Origin: an uncultured delta proteobacterium | GTDB taxonomy: Bacteria; Myxococcota; Kuafuiibacteriia; Kuafuiibacteriales; Kuafuiibacteriaceae | DNA length: 64,000 nt | Direction: 5' to 3' | Assembly (NCBI GenBank): GCA_963803435.1 | Contig: CAWDML010000008.1 | Coordinates: 256,001 to 320,000 of the forward strand | Shown here: one piece after another, positions 38,302 through 47,795 of the stretch | Position numbering within the stretch: the stretch's first letter is position 1 | Layout: every line of letters starts with the position of its first letter | Notes under the pieces: generated by a model | What the model was told of the DNA's origin: nothing | Databases searched by the model: none | What the model saw: the letters and a program-made list of their open reading frames with translations, nothing else | Translations under genes and position numbers: made by a program

Positions 38302-40176
38302 ATGGACGTCACCATGCGCATTCCTCCAGCTCTGTTATTTCTCGCGCCCCTCACGCTGCTCTCGAGCGGGGCCTCGGCGCAGGTCCTGGTCACGGAGGTT
38401 CAAGCCAACCCGATCTCGGGGCCCGACAATGACGAGTGGGTCGAGATCCAGAACACCGGGACGGCCTCGGTGAGCCTCGACGGATGGTCCCTCCACGACT
38501 ACGTCGGCAACACGAATCCCACCAACGAATCGGACACGCGGTGGACCTTCCCGGCCGGGTCCTGGATCGACGCCGGTGAGGTGATCGTGGTGGCGCGCCA
38601 GGCGCTCGCCTTCAGCGACTCGCTGGGCGAGATCGCGACCTGGGAGCTGGCGAGCGGCAACGATGATCCGAACGTCCCCAACCTCATGCCCGTCGGGGGC
38701 AACAATTCGATCCAGCTCTCCAACGCCGGCACCGGCGACGCCGTGGTCCTCGAGGACGACCAGGGGAGCATCGTCTCCTACGTGGAGTGGGGCTCGCTCG
38801 ATCGGAGCGTGCCCGGGCTTCCGTTCACTGCGATCGCGCCCGAGGGCGAGTCGCTGGTCCGCATCGACACCACCGGGAGCAGCGCGCAGGACTTCGTCAT
38901 CGCGGTGACACCCACGCCGTTCGTCGGGTTCATGAGCTCGGCCACGCTGATCGTCAACACCACGGTCGCGCCACGGCACGCGATCTACGGCCGGCCCTAC
39001 GATGTGACCACGACGGTGATGGACTCCGATGGGATCAACACGGTCGACATCTACTTCTCCACCGCCACCTCCTCCTCCGGCAACGCGGTGATGAACTACA
39101 TCCCGACGACGATGACCTCGAGCGGGAGCACGTACACGTTTGGCAGCACCGAGGTGAACAACCTGGGCGCCGGGCTCGACTTCCCCGAGCCGGCCAGCTT
39201 CCACGAGCGCTACCTCCGCTTCTTCATCCTGGCCGAGGACAACAACCTCGACCTGACCAGCGAGCCGCCCGGTGCGGACGAGGGCGCGAACAACGCCAGC
39301 TATCTTCCGTCCTACGTGCAGAACGTCCTCCCCACGACGCCCACGCCGATCTCGGAGGCCCGGGAGCCGGTGGCGGAGGACGTGCCGGCCTGGATCGGGC
39401 ATTCGGTGCGCGTGCGCGGCGTCGCGCTGATCGGCCCGCACGTCATGGATCCGGCCCGCACCCTCTTCACGCTCCAGGACAGCAGCAACGCGGCGATCGC
39501 GTACTTCTCGACCTCCTCCACCGCGCCGGCCTTCTCCGAGGGCGACGAGCTGGTGGTTACCGGCTCGATCAACGCGTTCCGCGGGAGCACGCAGCTCGAG
39601 GAGGGCGACATCGAGCTGACCGGCGCGACCGGCACAGTGCCCGAGGTCAACCTGACGCTCGAGCAGATCATCGCCGACGGGGAGCAGTACGAGGAGCAGC
39701 TGGTGAAGATCGACGACATCGACTTCGTCGCTCCGCGTGCCACCTGGCCGAGCGATCCGAACGACCTGGGGAGCTGGAACGTCCCCATCACCGATGGCAC
39801 CAATCAGGTGACGCTGCGCGTGACGACCGGCGCCGACATCTTCGGCCAGGCGGCGCCGCAATACGGGTTCGACGTGCGCGGCGTGCTGAACGAGCGCGAT
39901 GGGCAGTGGCAGATCTTCCCGCGTGGTGCGGGTGACATCTCGGCGCACCCGATGCCGCCCCCGACCGACGGCGGCGTGGTGGGGATGGACGGCAGCACCG
40001 GGGGCCCCGACGGCGGCGGCAATCGCCCGGACGCGGGGAGTGGAAGCGACGCGGGCACCAGCAACCCGGACGAGGGCGGCTGTGGATGCACCTCGACCCC
40101 CGGGCCCGCACACGGCGGCGGCGCGGTGTTCGGTTTGCTCCTCCTGGGGCTCTTCTTCTTCCGGCGGCGGAATTGA
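38302..40176 (+). CDS. Lamin-tail-domain and OB-fold MYXO-CTERM surface protein
   Basis: Signal peptide; LTD VLVTEVQANP..DEWVEIQNTG..LDGWSL; OB-like TPISEAR..VRVRGV..FTLQD..GDELVVTG..FRGSTQL, YEEQLVKI; tail EGGCGC..LLLLGLFFFRRR. Confidence 0.8.
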   Translation: MDVTMRIPPALLFLAPLTLLSSGASAQVLVTEVQANPISGPDNDEWVEIQNTGTASVSLDGWSLHDYVGNTNPTNESDTRWTFPAGSWIDAGEVIVVARQALAFSDSLGEIATWELASGNDDPNVPNLMPVGGNNSIQLSNAGTGDAVVLEDDQGSIVSYVEWGSLDRSVPGLPFTAIAPEGESLVRIDTTGSSAQDFVIAVTPTPFVGFMSSATLIVNTTVAPRHAIYGRPYDVTTTVMDSDGINTVDIYFSTATSSSGNAVMNYIPTTMTSSGSTYTFGSTEVNNLGAGLDFPEPASFHERYLRFFILAEDNNLDLTSEPPGADEGANNASYLPSYVQNVLPTTPTPISEAREPVAEDVPAWIGHSVRVRGVALIGPHVMDPARTLFTLQDSSNAAIAYFSTSSTAPAFSEGDELVVTGSINAFRGSTQLEEGDIELTGATGTVPEVNLTLEQIIADGEQYEEQLVKIDDIDFVAPRATWPSDPNDLGSWNVPITDGTNQVTLRVTTGADIFGQAAPQYGFDVRGVLNERDGQWQIFPRGAGDISAHPMPPPTDGGVVGMDGSTGGPDGGGNRPDAGSGSDAGTSNPDEGGCGCTSTPGPAHGGGAVFGLLLLGLFFFRRRN

Positions 40177-40193
40177 GGTAACACAATGGCCCG

Positions 40194-41693
40194 GTGACCA
40201 TCGATAGCACCGCGGCTGCTGCGATCGACCTCGGGTCCAACAGCTTTCACATGATCGTCGGCCGTCTCGAGGGCGGCTCGCTCCAGATCATCGACAAGAT
40301 GCGGGAGCGGGTCCGCCTCGGTGCAGGCCTCGACTCGAACCGCAACCTCACGCCGGAGGCGTCCGCCCGCGCGCTCGACTGTCTCAAGCGCATGGGTGAG
40401 CGCGTCCGCGAGATGCCGCGGGGGCGCGTCCGTGCGGTCGGCACGAACACGCTTCGACAAGCGAGGAACGGCGCCGAGTTCCTCGAGGAGGCGGAGGCAG
40501 CGCTCGGACATCCCGTCGAGGTGATCGCGGGCCGCGAGGAAGCGCGTCTGATCTATCTGGGCGCGGCGAAGATGAGCCCCAACGAGGGGCGCCGTCTGGT
40601 GGTCGACATCGGGGGCGGCTCCACCGAGTGCATCATCGGCGAGCGGCTCGACATCACGGTGGCCGACAGCCTCTTCATGGGTTGTGTGAGCTACTCGCTC
40701 AGGTTCTTCGGTGACGACAAGATCTCCGAGAAGAAATACGAGAAGGCGATGCTCTCCGCCGAGCTCGAGCTGGAGACGATCGCGAAGCAGTACCAGGCCG
40801 TCGCCTGGCAGACCTCGATCGGGTGCTCCGGGACCATCCACGCCATCAACAACATCCTGAAGACGAACGGCTGGGCGCCCGACGGGATCACGGCCAAGGG
40901 GATCAAGAAGCTCAGGAAGGAGCTGATCGATCAGGGGAGCGTCGACAAGCTCTCCATCCCCGGGTTGGAGCCCGACCGCAAGCCGGTGATCGCCGGAGGT
41001 ACGGCGATCCTCGACGCCGTGTTCAGCGTGCTCGGGATCGAGAGGATGCGGCCTTCCCCTGGAGCGCTTCGGGAGGGCGTGCTGTTCGATCTCTTCGGAC
41101 GAATCGCACACGAGGACATCCGCGACGTCACCATCCAAACGTTCGTGGATCGGTATCGGGTCGACGTCGCTCAGGCCGATCACGTCGCGCAGACTGCGCT
41201 GCATCTGCTCGACCAGGTGTCGGAGGACTGGAAGCTCAACCTCGAGCGTTCGCGCCAGCTGCTCTCCTGGGCCGCTCACCTCTACGAGATCGGGCTGACC
41301 GTGTCACACACCGGATATCAGAAGCATGGGGCGTATCTGGTGGAGAACTCCGACATGGCGGGATTCTCGCGCCTGGAGCAGTCGACGCTGGCCGTCCTGG
41401 TGGGAGGCCACCGGCGCAAGATCAAGCCCGAGCTGTTCGCACACCTCCCCAAGGCTGATGTGGCGGAGGTGATGAAGCTCCTCGGGATCTTCCGCCTGGC
41501 CACCCGCCTGAACCGCAGTCGCTCGACCGATCCGTCCGAGATCTTCCTCACCGCCAGCGGCGACACCCTGACCTTGCTCGTGCCGCGGTCCTGGCTGGAC
41601 CGCCACCCGCTCACCCGCGAGGACCTCCAGGGCCAGCAGGAGCGGTTCCGCGCCATCGGGATCCGCTTCGAGCTTCAAGAGATCGCGAACTGA
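40194..41693 (+). CDS. ppx: Ppx/GppA exopolyphosphatase
   Basis: AIDLGSNSFHM, GREEARLIYLG, VVDIGGGSTE, ALREGVL, HD-like C-domain (LYEIGL..HGAYLV). Confidence 0.93.
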   Translation: MTIDSTAAAAIDLGSNSFHMIVGRLEGGSLQIIDKMRERVRLGAGLDSNRNLTPEASARALDCLKRMGERVREMPRGRVRAVGTNTLRQARNGAEFLEEAEAALGHPVEVIAGREEARLIYLGAAKMSPNEGRRLVVDIGGGSTECIIGERLDITVADSLFMGCVSYSLRFFGDDKISEKKYEKAMLSAELELETIAKQYQAVAWQTSIGCSGTIHAINNILKTNGWAPDGITAKGIKKLRKELIDQGSVDKLSIPGLEPDRKPVIAGGTAILDAVFSVLGIERMRPSPGALREGVLFDLFGRIAHEDIRDVTIQTFVDRYRVDVAQADHVAQTALHLLDQVSEDWKLNLERSRQLLSWAAHLYEIGLTVSHTGYQKHGAYLVENSDMAGFSRLEQSTLAVLVGGHRRKIKPELFAHLPKADVAEVMKLLGIFRLATRLNRSRSTDPSEIFLTASGDTLTLLVPRSWLDRHPLTREDLQGQQERFRAIGIRFELQEIAN

Positions 41694-41704
41694 AGGAGTA
41701 ACCT

Positions 41705-42292
41705 CTGGCCGGGCCGGAGCATACCAGCTCGAAGGGGCAGAGCGACGAAGCGCTCATGTCGGCCTACGTCCGCGGGAGCACGGCGGCGTTCGAGGAGCTC
41801 TTTCAGCGCTACGCTCCGGCATTGAAGCGAATGATGCTGAAGAACCACTGCACCGAGGATCTCGCGCACGATCTGGTTCAGCAGGCCTTCTTTCAGCTCC
41901 ATCGAGCCCGCCTCGACTTCGATCCGGCACGGACCTTTCGCCCGTGGCTCTTCACCATCGCGATGAATCTCCTCCGCGGCCACTTCCGCGGGACGGCCCG
42001 CCGCCCCGAGTCCCCGCTCGAGGTCGACGGCGTCTCGGATCCTTCGGCCGAGGCCGTCGGCGTTTCGCGTCTGGTGGATGCGGAGGAGGCCCAGCGCGTG
42101 CGTGCCGCCGTGGCCCAGCTCCCCGACACCCAACGCGTCGTGATCGAGATGCACTGGTTCGAGGATCGGTCGTTCAAGGAGATCGCAGCCGCGGTCGGCG
42201 CCAGTCTCTCTGCGGTCAAGGTCCGCGCGCACCGCGGGTATCAAAGGCTCAAGACGCTGCTCGACGACCACGACGCGGAGGAGACAGCGTGA
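41705..42292 (+). CDS. ECF RNA polymerase sigma factor
   Basis: SDEALM, AFEELFQRY, DLVQQAF, FRPWLFTIAMN, KEIAAAVGASLSAVKVRAHRG; start is CTG 41705 or ATG 41756. Confidence 0.9.
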   Translation: MAGPEHTSSKGQSDEALMSAYVRGSTAAFEELFQRYAPALKRMMLKNHCTEDLAHDLVQQAFFQLHRARLDFDPARTFRPWLFTIAMNLLRGHFRGTARRPESPLEVDGVSDPSAEAVGVSRLVDAEEAQRVRAAVAQLPDTQRVVIEMHWFEDRSFKEIAAAVGASLSAVKVRAHRGYQRLKTLLDDHDAEETA

Positions 42293-43104
42293 CCACCTGC
42301 GACGATGTTCGGCCGCTGCTGGTCGCCGGCGCGAGCCTCTCCGAGGCGGCCGTGCTTGATCATCTGGAGAGCTGCGAGGAGTGCGCGGCAAGGGCGGAGG
42401 CATCGGGCCTCCTCGAGACGTCCTTCGGGCGCGGCGACCGCGAGCTGCGGGAGCTGCTGATCAAGACCGAGACCCGCATCTCGATGGACGCCACGGCTTC
42501 GGGATGGCTGAAGAGCCGGCGTACCTGGGTTCGCGCGCTGTTGGCCGTGGCGTCGGGGACGCTGATCTTCGTCTACGTCCTGATGTGGATGCGACGGCCC
42601 GACTTCGATGCCTACCCGCGGGAGCGGATGCTGCTCACGATCGGGATGATGCTCGGGCTGATGGTCGCCAGCTTGTGGATGGGGTTGCGCTCCCTGGGCC
42701 GCCCACCGCTCCCGACCTGGCTCCAGCGCGGGTTGACGACCGTGGGCGTGGTGGCGGCTTTCCTGCTGGCGGCGATGCCGAGCGGTTACCTGACACCGCA
42801 GCAGTTCGTCAGCATGGAGCTCATCGACGTGCTGGGGACACCGTGCTTCTTCCTGGGACTGCTGTTCGGGGTCCCGGTCTATGCGCTGGCGCGCGTGCTC
42901 GATCGAGGCGCGAACCCGTTCTCTGCGATCTTGGCCGCGCTGGCGGCCGGTCTCACGGGCAACCTGGTGCTCGACGTGCACTGTCCGCGCAGCGATCCGA
43001 CACACCTGCTGTTCGGCCACTTCTCGGTGGTGCTCGTCTTCGTGCTCGCCGCGGGTTCTCTCTCGTGGATCGAGCGCCGCGTGCGACGCGCCCGTCGGGT
43101 ATGA
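42289..43104 (+). CDS. Anti-sigma factor: zinc-finger HxxxCxxC plus NrsF/DUF1109-like membrane domain
   Basis: DHLESCEEC; six TMs; VHCPRSDPTHLLFGH; GTG overlaps the sigma stop. Confidence 0.8.
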   Translation: MTTCDDVRPLLVAGASLSEAAVLDHLESCEECAARAEASGLLETSFGRGDRELRELLIKTETRISMDATASGWLKSRRTWVRALLAVASGTLIFVYVLMWMRRPDFDAYPRERMLLTIGMMLGLMVASLWMGLRSLGRPPLPTWLQRGLTTVGVVAAFLLAAMPSGYLTPQQFVSMELIDVLGTPCFFLGLLFGVPVYALARVLDRGANPFSAILAALAAGLTGNLVLDVHCPRSDPTHLLFGHFSVVLVFVLAAGSLSWIERRVRRARRV

Positions 43105-43141
43105 CTCGATCCGGCGCGCAAAGTGTGCTGAGAAACCTGCG

Positions 43142-43486
43142 GTGACCAAGTCGAAGCTGAAGCAGGAGGTGCTCGATCTCTTCTGGCTCCTCGCGAACCC
43201 TCAGCGTCTTCGCATGTTCGAGCTGCTCGGCACCGGTGAGGCGCAGACGATCGACGAGCTCTCCCAGGAGGTCGGGATCAACACGTCCTCGATCAGCATG
43301 GCCCTGCGGCACTTTCGTACGTTCAGGTTTCTGACCGAGCTCGATCAGGAGGGGCGGCTCTACTACTACGGGCTCGACAAAGAGCGAATCGTGGCCGCGC
43401 TGTACGCGCTGGTGGCCGCGGCCGAGCTGGAGCTGACCCCGCGATCGAAGACCAAGAAGAAGAGCGCCAAGAAGAAGAAGAAGTGA
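43142..43486 (+). CDS. ArsR/SmtB-like winged-helix regulator with Lys-rich tail
   Basis: FWLLANPQRLRMFELL, TIDELSQEVGINTSSISMAL, EGRLYYYGL; tail KTKKKSAKKKKK. Confidence 0.75.
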   Translation: MTKSKLKQEVLDLFWLLANPQRLRMFELLGTGEAQTIDELSQEVGINTSSISMALRHFRTFRFLTELDQEGRLYYYGLDKERIVAALYALVAAAELELTPRSKTKKKSAKKKKK

Positions 43487-44373
43487 CCGTGCGCTGGCCC
43501 CGCTTCAAGATCATCTTCGCCGCGCTGGCGCTGCTCGCGGGCGTCCTCAGCTGGGGCGCGGTCTACCACAATCGCGAGCGCGACCAGCTCGCGATCGCGG
43601 AGGCGAAGCTCGATCGTGCTCTCGCCGACAAGCGCGCGATCGCCGCCGATCTCACCACGCAGACGGAGGCGCTCGCGGATCTCCAGCACCGGCTGGAGGA
43701 GGCGCGCCGCCGGACGACGCCGGACCTCGGAGCGCTGAAGACCGCGCTGGCTCCGCTGCACGCGACGCTGGTCCGCGAGGCCGGAGGTGCCGAGGCGCTG
43801 CTCCCGTTCACGCTGACCGGAACCCAAGGGTCGACGCTCACGGCCGCGCTCGACGTGCTCGCGGCGACGGGGCACCTGATCGACGGGCGCTCGGTCGAAG
43901 TCGGCGAGGGTGGCTGGAGCGCGGAGCTGGTCGGACACGTCTACGTTCCGGAGCCGCCGCTACCAGAGGCCCCGCCGGATCCGGTGCCCTGGTACGGATT
44001 CGTGAACACCTCGGTCCGCGAGCGGATCGATCGGAAGAAGGCCGAGCTGGCCTCGCTCGACCAGCAGCTCGGCCGGCTGGTGGAGCTGCCCGTCCTCGAG
44101 GACGAGCTCGACGCGCGCGCGGTCATGATCGACCGCTTCGGGCAGGACCGGATCGATCTCTTGGGGCTGGCCGGTTCGCTCTTCGGCGGCCCGCATCCGG
44201 TCTTTGTCACCGGTCGCCTGGAGCGATCGCCCTCCGCGGAGCGAGGCGGATTGCTGGGCCGCTTGGGGCGACCGATGAAAGATTCAGAGCTGACGGCCCT
44301 GTTCGGACCAGAGCTGACGGTCCGCATCGTTCGACGCTACGGTGACACCGTGGAGATCGCGTTCCACAGATGA
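43483..44373 (+). CDS. Hypothetical membrane-anchored coiled-coil protein
   Basis: N-terminal TM, two coiled-coil stretches; start and stop overlap both neighbours. Confidence 0.65.
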   Translation: MTVRWPRFKIIFAALALLAGVLSWGAVYHNRERDQLAIAEAKLDRALADKRAIAADLTTQTEALADLQHRLEEARRRTTPDLGALKTALAPLHATLVREAGGAEALLPFTLTGTQGSTLTAALDVLAATGHLIDGRSVEVGEGGWSAELVGHVYVPEPPLPEAPPDPVPWYGFVNTSVRERIDRKKAELASLDQQLGRLVELPVLEDELDARAVMIDRFGQDRIDLLGLAGSLFGGPHPVFVTGRLERSPSAERGGLLGRLGRPMKDSELTALFGPELTVRIVRRYGDTVEIAFHR

Positions 44374-45836
44374 CCATGCGGGTCGGCCGGGTCGCGTTGA
44401 TCGCCGGGCCGCTCCTGGCGCTCCTGGTCTACCTGGTCCTCCCCGACACGTACGGCCCCGACGCGGTCCCCTTCGCGCACGCAGGCAAGGCGTCCGCCGC
44501 GCTCGGCGTGTGGATGGCCGTGTGGTGGCTGACGGAGGCGGTGCACGTGTCGGTGACGGCGCTGCTCCCGATCCCGCTCCTCCCGCTGCTCGGAGCGACG
44601 AAGGTGGACGCGGCCACCGCGCCCTACGGCAACCCGGTCATCTTTCTGTTCATGGGCGGCTTCGTCCTGTCGCTGGCGATGGAGCGCTGGGGCCTGCACA
44701 AACGCATCGCTCTGGGCACGCTGCGCCTCGTGGGGAGCCGACCCGCGAACGTGGTGGGCGGGTTCATGCTCGCCTCGGCCTTCCTCAGCCTCTGGGTCTC
44801 GAACACCGCGACCGCCGTGCTGATGCTCCCGATCGGCCTCTCGGTGATCGAGACGGCGTTTCCGGCGGCCGGCGAGGCGCTGGAGCGGAAGGAGCTCCCG
44901 GAGGTCGGACGGAACTTCTGCATCTGCCTCATGCTCGGCATCGCCTACGCCTGCTCGATCGGCGGGCTCGGCACGCTGATCGGCACCCCGCCCAATCTCT
45001 TCCTGGCGTCCTTCGCGAAGGGTCAGCTCGGCCGCGAGATCACGTTCGCGCGCTGGTTGATCGTCGGCCTGCCGCTGGTGGCTGTCTTTCTGCCCCTGAC
45101 GTGGCTGCTCTTGACGCGCGCGCTGTTCCCGATCCGCATCGAGTCGCTCCAGGGCGGCGAAGACTTCGCGAAGCGCGCCTACGCGGAGCTCGGGCCGATG
45201 AAGCGCGGTGAGTGGATCGTCCTCTTCCTCTTCGCCTGCGCGGCCGGTCTCTGGATCTTCCGCCCGCTGATCCCGATCCCTGGACTCTCCGACACCTCGA
45301 TCGCGATGACCGTCGCGATCCTGACATTCGTGCTCCCGGTCGAGCGCGCCGGGGGCAAGACCATCTCGGTGCTGGACTGGTCGGCGATGAAGCGGCTCCC
45401 CTGGGGCATCCTGCTCCTCTTCGGCGGCGGACTCAGCCTCGCCGACGCGCTCGAATCCACGGGGGTCAGCCGACTCATGGGCGCCGGCTTCTCCTCGCTC
45501 GGCGCCCTCCCGCACGTGGTGATCGTGTTCGGCGTCGTCACCACGATCGTGTTTCTCACCGAGCTCACCAGCAACACCGCCACCGCCGCCACGCTGGTGC
45601 CGATCCTCGCCGGCGTGGCTGGCGGGCTCGGGATCGATCCATACCTCTTGATCGTGCCGGCGGCGATCTCGGCCAGCTGCGCGTTCATGCTCCCCGTCGC
45701 GACCCCGCCGAACGCGGTCGTCTTCGGCTCGGGCTTCGTCTCCATCCGCCAGATGGCCCGCGCCGGGCTCTGGCTCAACCTGATCGCGATCCCGCTGGTC
45801 ATGGTGGTGACGTACCTGTTGGTGCCGCTCCTCTGA
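44370..45836 (+). CDS. SLC13/DASS sodium:dicarboxylate(sulfate) symporter
   Basis: WWLTEAV, IFLFMGGF, LSLWVSNTAT, IGTPPN, TELTSNTAT, AFMLPVATPPNAVVF. Confidence 0.93.
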   Translation: MTMRVGRVALIAGPLLALLVYLVLPDTYGPDAVPFAHAGKASAALGVWMAVWWLTEAVHVSVTALLPIPLLPLLGATKVDAATAPYGNPVIFLFMGGFVLSLAMERWGLHKRIALGTLRLVGSRPANVVGGFMLASAFLSLWVSNTATAVLMLPIGLSVIETAFPAAGEALERKELPEVGRNFCICLMLGIAYACSIGGLGTLIGTPPNLFLASFAKGQLGREITFARWLIVGLPLVAVFLPLTWLLLTRALFPIRIESLQGGEDFAKRAYAELGPMKRGEWIVLFLFACAAGLWIFRPLIPIPGLSDTSIAMTVAILTFVLPVERAGGKTISVLDWSAMKRLPWGILLLFGGGLSLADALESTGVSRLMGAGFSSLGALPHVVIVFGVVTTIVFLTELTSNTATAATLVPILAGVAGGLGIDPYLLIVPAAISASCAFMLPVATPPNAVVFGSGFVSIRQMARAGLWLNLIAIPLVMVVTYLLVPLL

Positions 45837-45927
45837 GCCGGCGACGTAGACGTCACCACGCTCCCGCTCGCTCCACGAGATCGCCACCGGCAAGCTCGTC
45901 CCGAGCGGGACCGCAAATCTCTACTGG

Positions 45928-47508
45928 TTATGGCTGGATGCGAGGCTCGGTCGAAGGTGGCTCCGCGCCTTCGAACCGGGCGAGAAGGCCGGGCATTGCC
46001 TGCTCCGAGAAGAGGGCCCCGATGGCGGCGATTTCTCTCGCGCGACCAAAGTCGAGCCAGCCGACCTCTTGCACCGGAATGCTGATGACCAGCGGTGCAC
46101 CGCGGAGTTGCTCCCGGACCAGCGCCGTGTGCACGAGGGCAGCGGCGCGGACGGCGATTTCATGCGTGCTCCCATAATCCTGAACGATCCGCTGGGGACG
46201 CTCTAGCTGAATTGCACAGACGGGAGACTGCAATCCGAGGTTTGTCCCGGCCACAATGGGGACCTCGGCCATGGTGGACCCATCGATCAGCAGGCGGTCA
46301 ACCCAAGGTTCAGGTGGGAAGAGGCCCGGAATGGCGCAGCTCGCTCGGAGAGCCCGGTGCAAGGAGCCATGCAGCAGCACCGCCGATCTCCCCGCGATCA
46401 GATCGGTGGCCGCCGCCGCGAATGGTAAACCGAGCGATTCTATGGGCCGATCCTCGCCGACGAGGCTCCGAATAAACTCTGTGAAGAGCTCGTGCGTCAC
46501 CGCGGATAGATCAGTATCGGAAAGGAACGCCATGCTGCTCTCGCGGAAGTAGCTCTCCCTGGACCGCGGCACGTTGGATCGGCTACGGAACCTTACGAAC
46601 GCTCGACGTATTTGCCGATAGGGCGCGCTTCGTGGGAATGCCAGGAAGCGCTCGACGATCTCGTCTTCCGTGAGACCGGACGCGAACATCGCTCCGACGA
46701 GAGCACCAGCGCTGGTTCCCGCGATCCCCGTGATGCTCACGCCGTGGCGACGGAGCGTCCGGATGACACCGATGTGGGCCATCGCTCGGGCCGCGCCCCC
46801 GCCGAGAGCGAGTGTGACCTGAGCGCCCGCAGGAACTGACGGAACCCTGCGCCCCTGCGCTCGGGCTGGCTGCGACCGCAGCTCGGCGCCCGAGGGCGCG
46901 GTCAGCCGCTCTCCTTCAATCCTCATGCACTGCTCCAGCAGGTCTGCTGCGCTCTCCGTCTCCGGGCCTGAGCTGGCAATGCGAACCAAGACCTGCACCT
47001 CTTCGGGGAGGCGTTCAGGTCCCTCGAGGAGGGCTGAGCCGAGACGCGCAATCAACGAATTCGCCACGTGAGCTGACGCGCCGGGAAGCACCGTCAGATA
47101 ACTCGACTCCGAAATTCGACCCACCGCGTCGGTCAACCGGAACAGGTGCGTGGTCGCTTGCTGTAATCGATCGTGCGCACGCCGACGGACAGCATCCGAA
47201 CACCAGTTCGGCACTACCAGATCGAGGTGCAGCGCAAGCAACGAGCGAGACTTCCTCCGCGCCCGGCGGATCTCGAAATCCAGCACTTCCAGGATGACTT
47301 CTCGGCTGGTTAGTCCGCTCTCAGGATCCACCACCTCCGGAAAATCAGCGGTTGACTCGCCGACATCCTGGGTCAGGAGCGCGACGACCTGGTTGACGAA
47401 ATCGAGAATGCTTGCCTCGTTGTGCCCAGCGGACCGGAGCTCACGATAGACCGTACGTGCGATGATGGACGTCGCGCGGAAGAGCTCACCAGGGCCTCTC
47501 GCAGCCAT
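45928..47508 (-). CDS. Patatin-like phospholipase with N-terminal degenerate GGDEF domain
   Basis: LGGGAARAMAHIG, GTSAG, ASCAIPGLF, LIDGS; upstream DPESGL..LDFEIRRARR..FRLTDAVGRISESSYLTVLP. Confidence 0.85.
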   Translation of the reverse strand: MAARGPGELFRATSIIARTVYRELRSAGHNEASILDFVNQVVALLTQDVGESTADFPEVVDPESGLTSREVILEVLDFEIRRARRKSRSLLALHLDLVVPNWCSDAVRRRAHDRLQQATTHLFRLTDAVGRISESSYLTVLPGASAHVANSLIARLGSALLEGPERLPEEVQVLVRIASSGPETESAADLLEQCMRIEGERLTAPSGAELRSQPARAQGRRVPSVPAGAQVTLALGGGAARAMAHIGVIRTLRRHGVSITGIAGTSAGALVGAMFASGLTEDEIVERFLAFPRSAPYRQIRRAFVRFRSRSNVPRSRESYFRESSMAFLSDTDLSAVTHELFTEFIRSLVGEDRPIESLGLPFAAAATDLIAGRSAVLLHGSLHRALRASCAIPGLFPPEPWVDRLLIDGSTMAEVPIVAGTNLGLQSPVCAIQLERPQRIVQDYGSTHEIAVRAAALVHTALVREQLRGAPLVISIPVQEVGWLDFGRAREIAAIGALFSEQAMPGLLARFEGAEPPSTEPRIQP

Positions 47509-47795
47509 GAACCATCCCTACCCTAGGGTCGATTTGATTGCGACTTGTGGAAAGGTAATCGCAACGGAGCTCGAGCGGTTGTTCGTGCTTCGGCGCGTCT
47601 GCCGTCGAGCACAACGACGAGCTCGGCGTGCCGTCCTGGAGGAGCCGCTCCCGATCGCCGATCGACGTAGAAGCCCGCGAGCAGGGCGTAGCGCTCGGCG
47701 ATAGTCGTGATCTTGCCGGACGAGAGCAGCATCCACCGGGTCGGCGACGTGTGCTTCGTCGAAGACGACACGGTCGAGTGGCGCAAGCCGGAACC

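Noticed and set aside
41944-43486. Extended N-termini of the anti-sigma (386 aa) and ArsR (201 aa) ORFs
   Set aside because: They overlap upstream genes out of frame; GTG starts at 42289 and 43142 fit better.
45928-47508. Patatin as a CBASS CapV effector
   Set aside because: No CD-NTase or Cap genes adjacent; the sequence is RssA/NTE-like (AHIGV, ASCAIPG).
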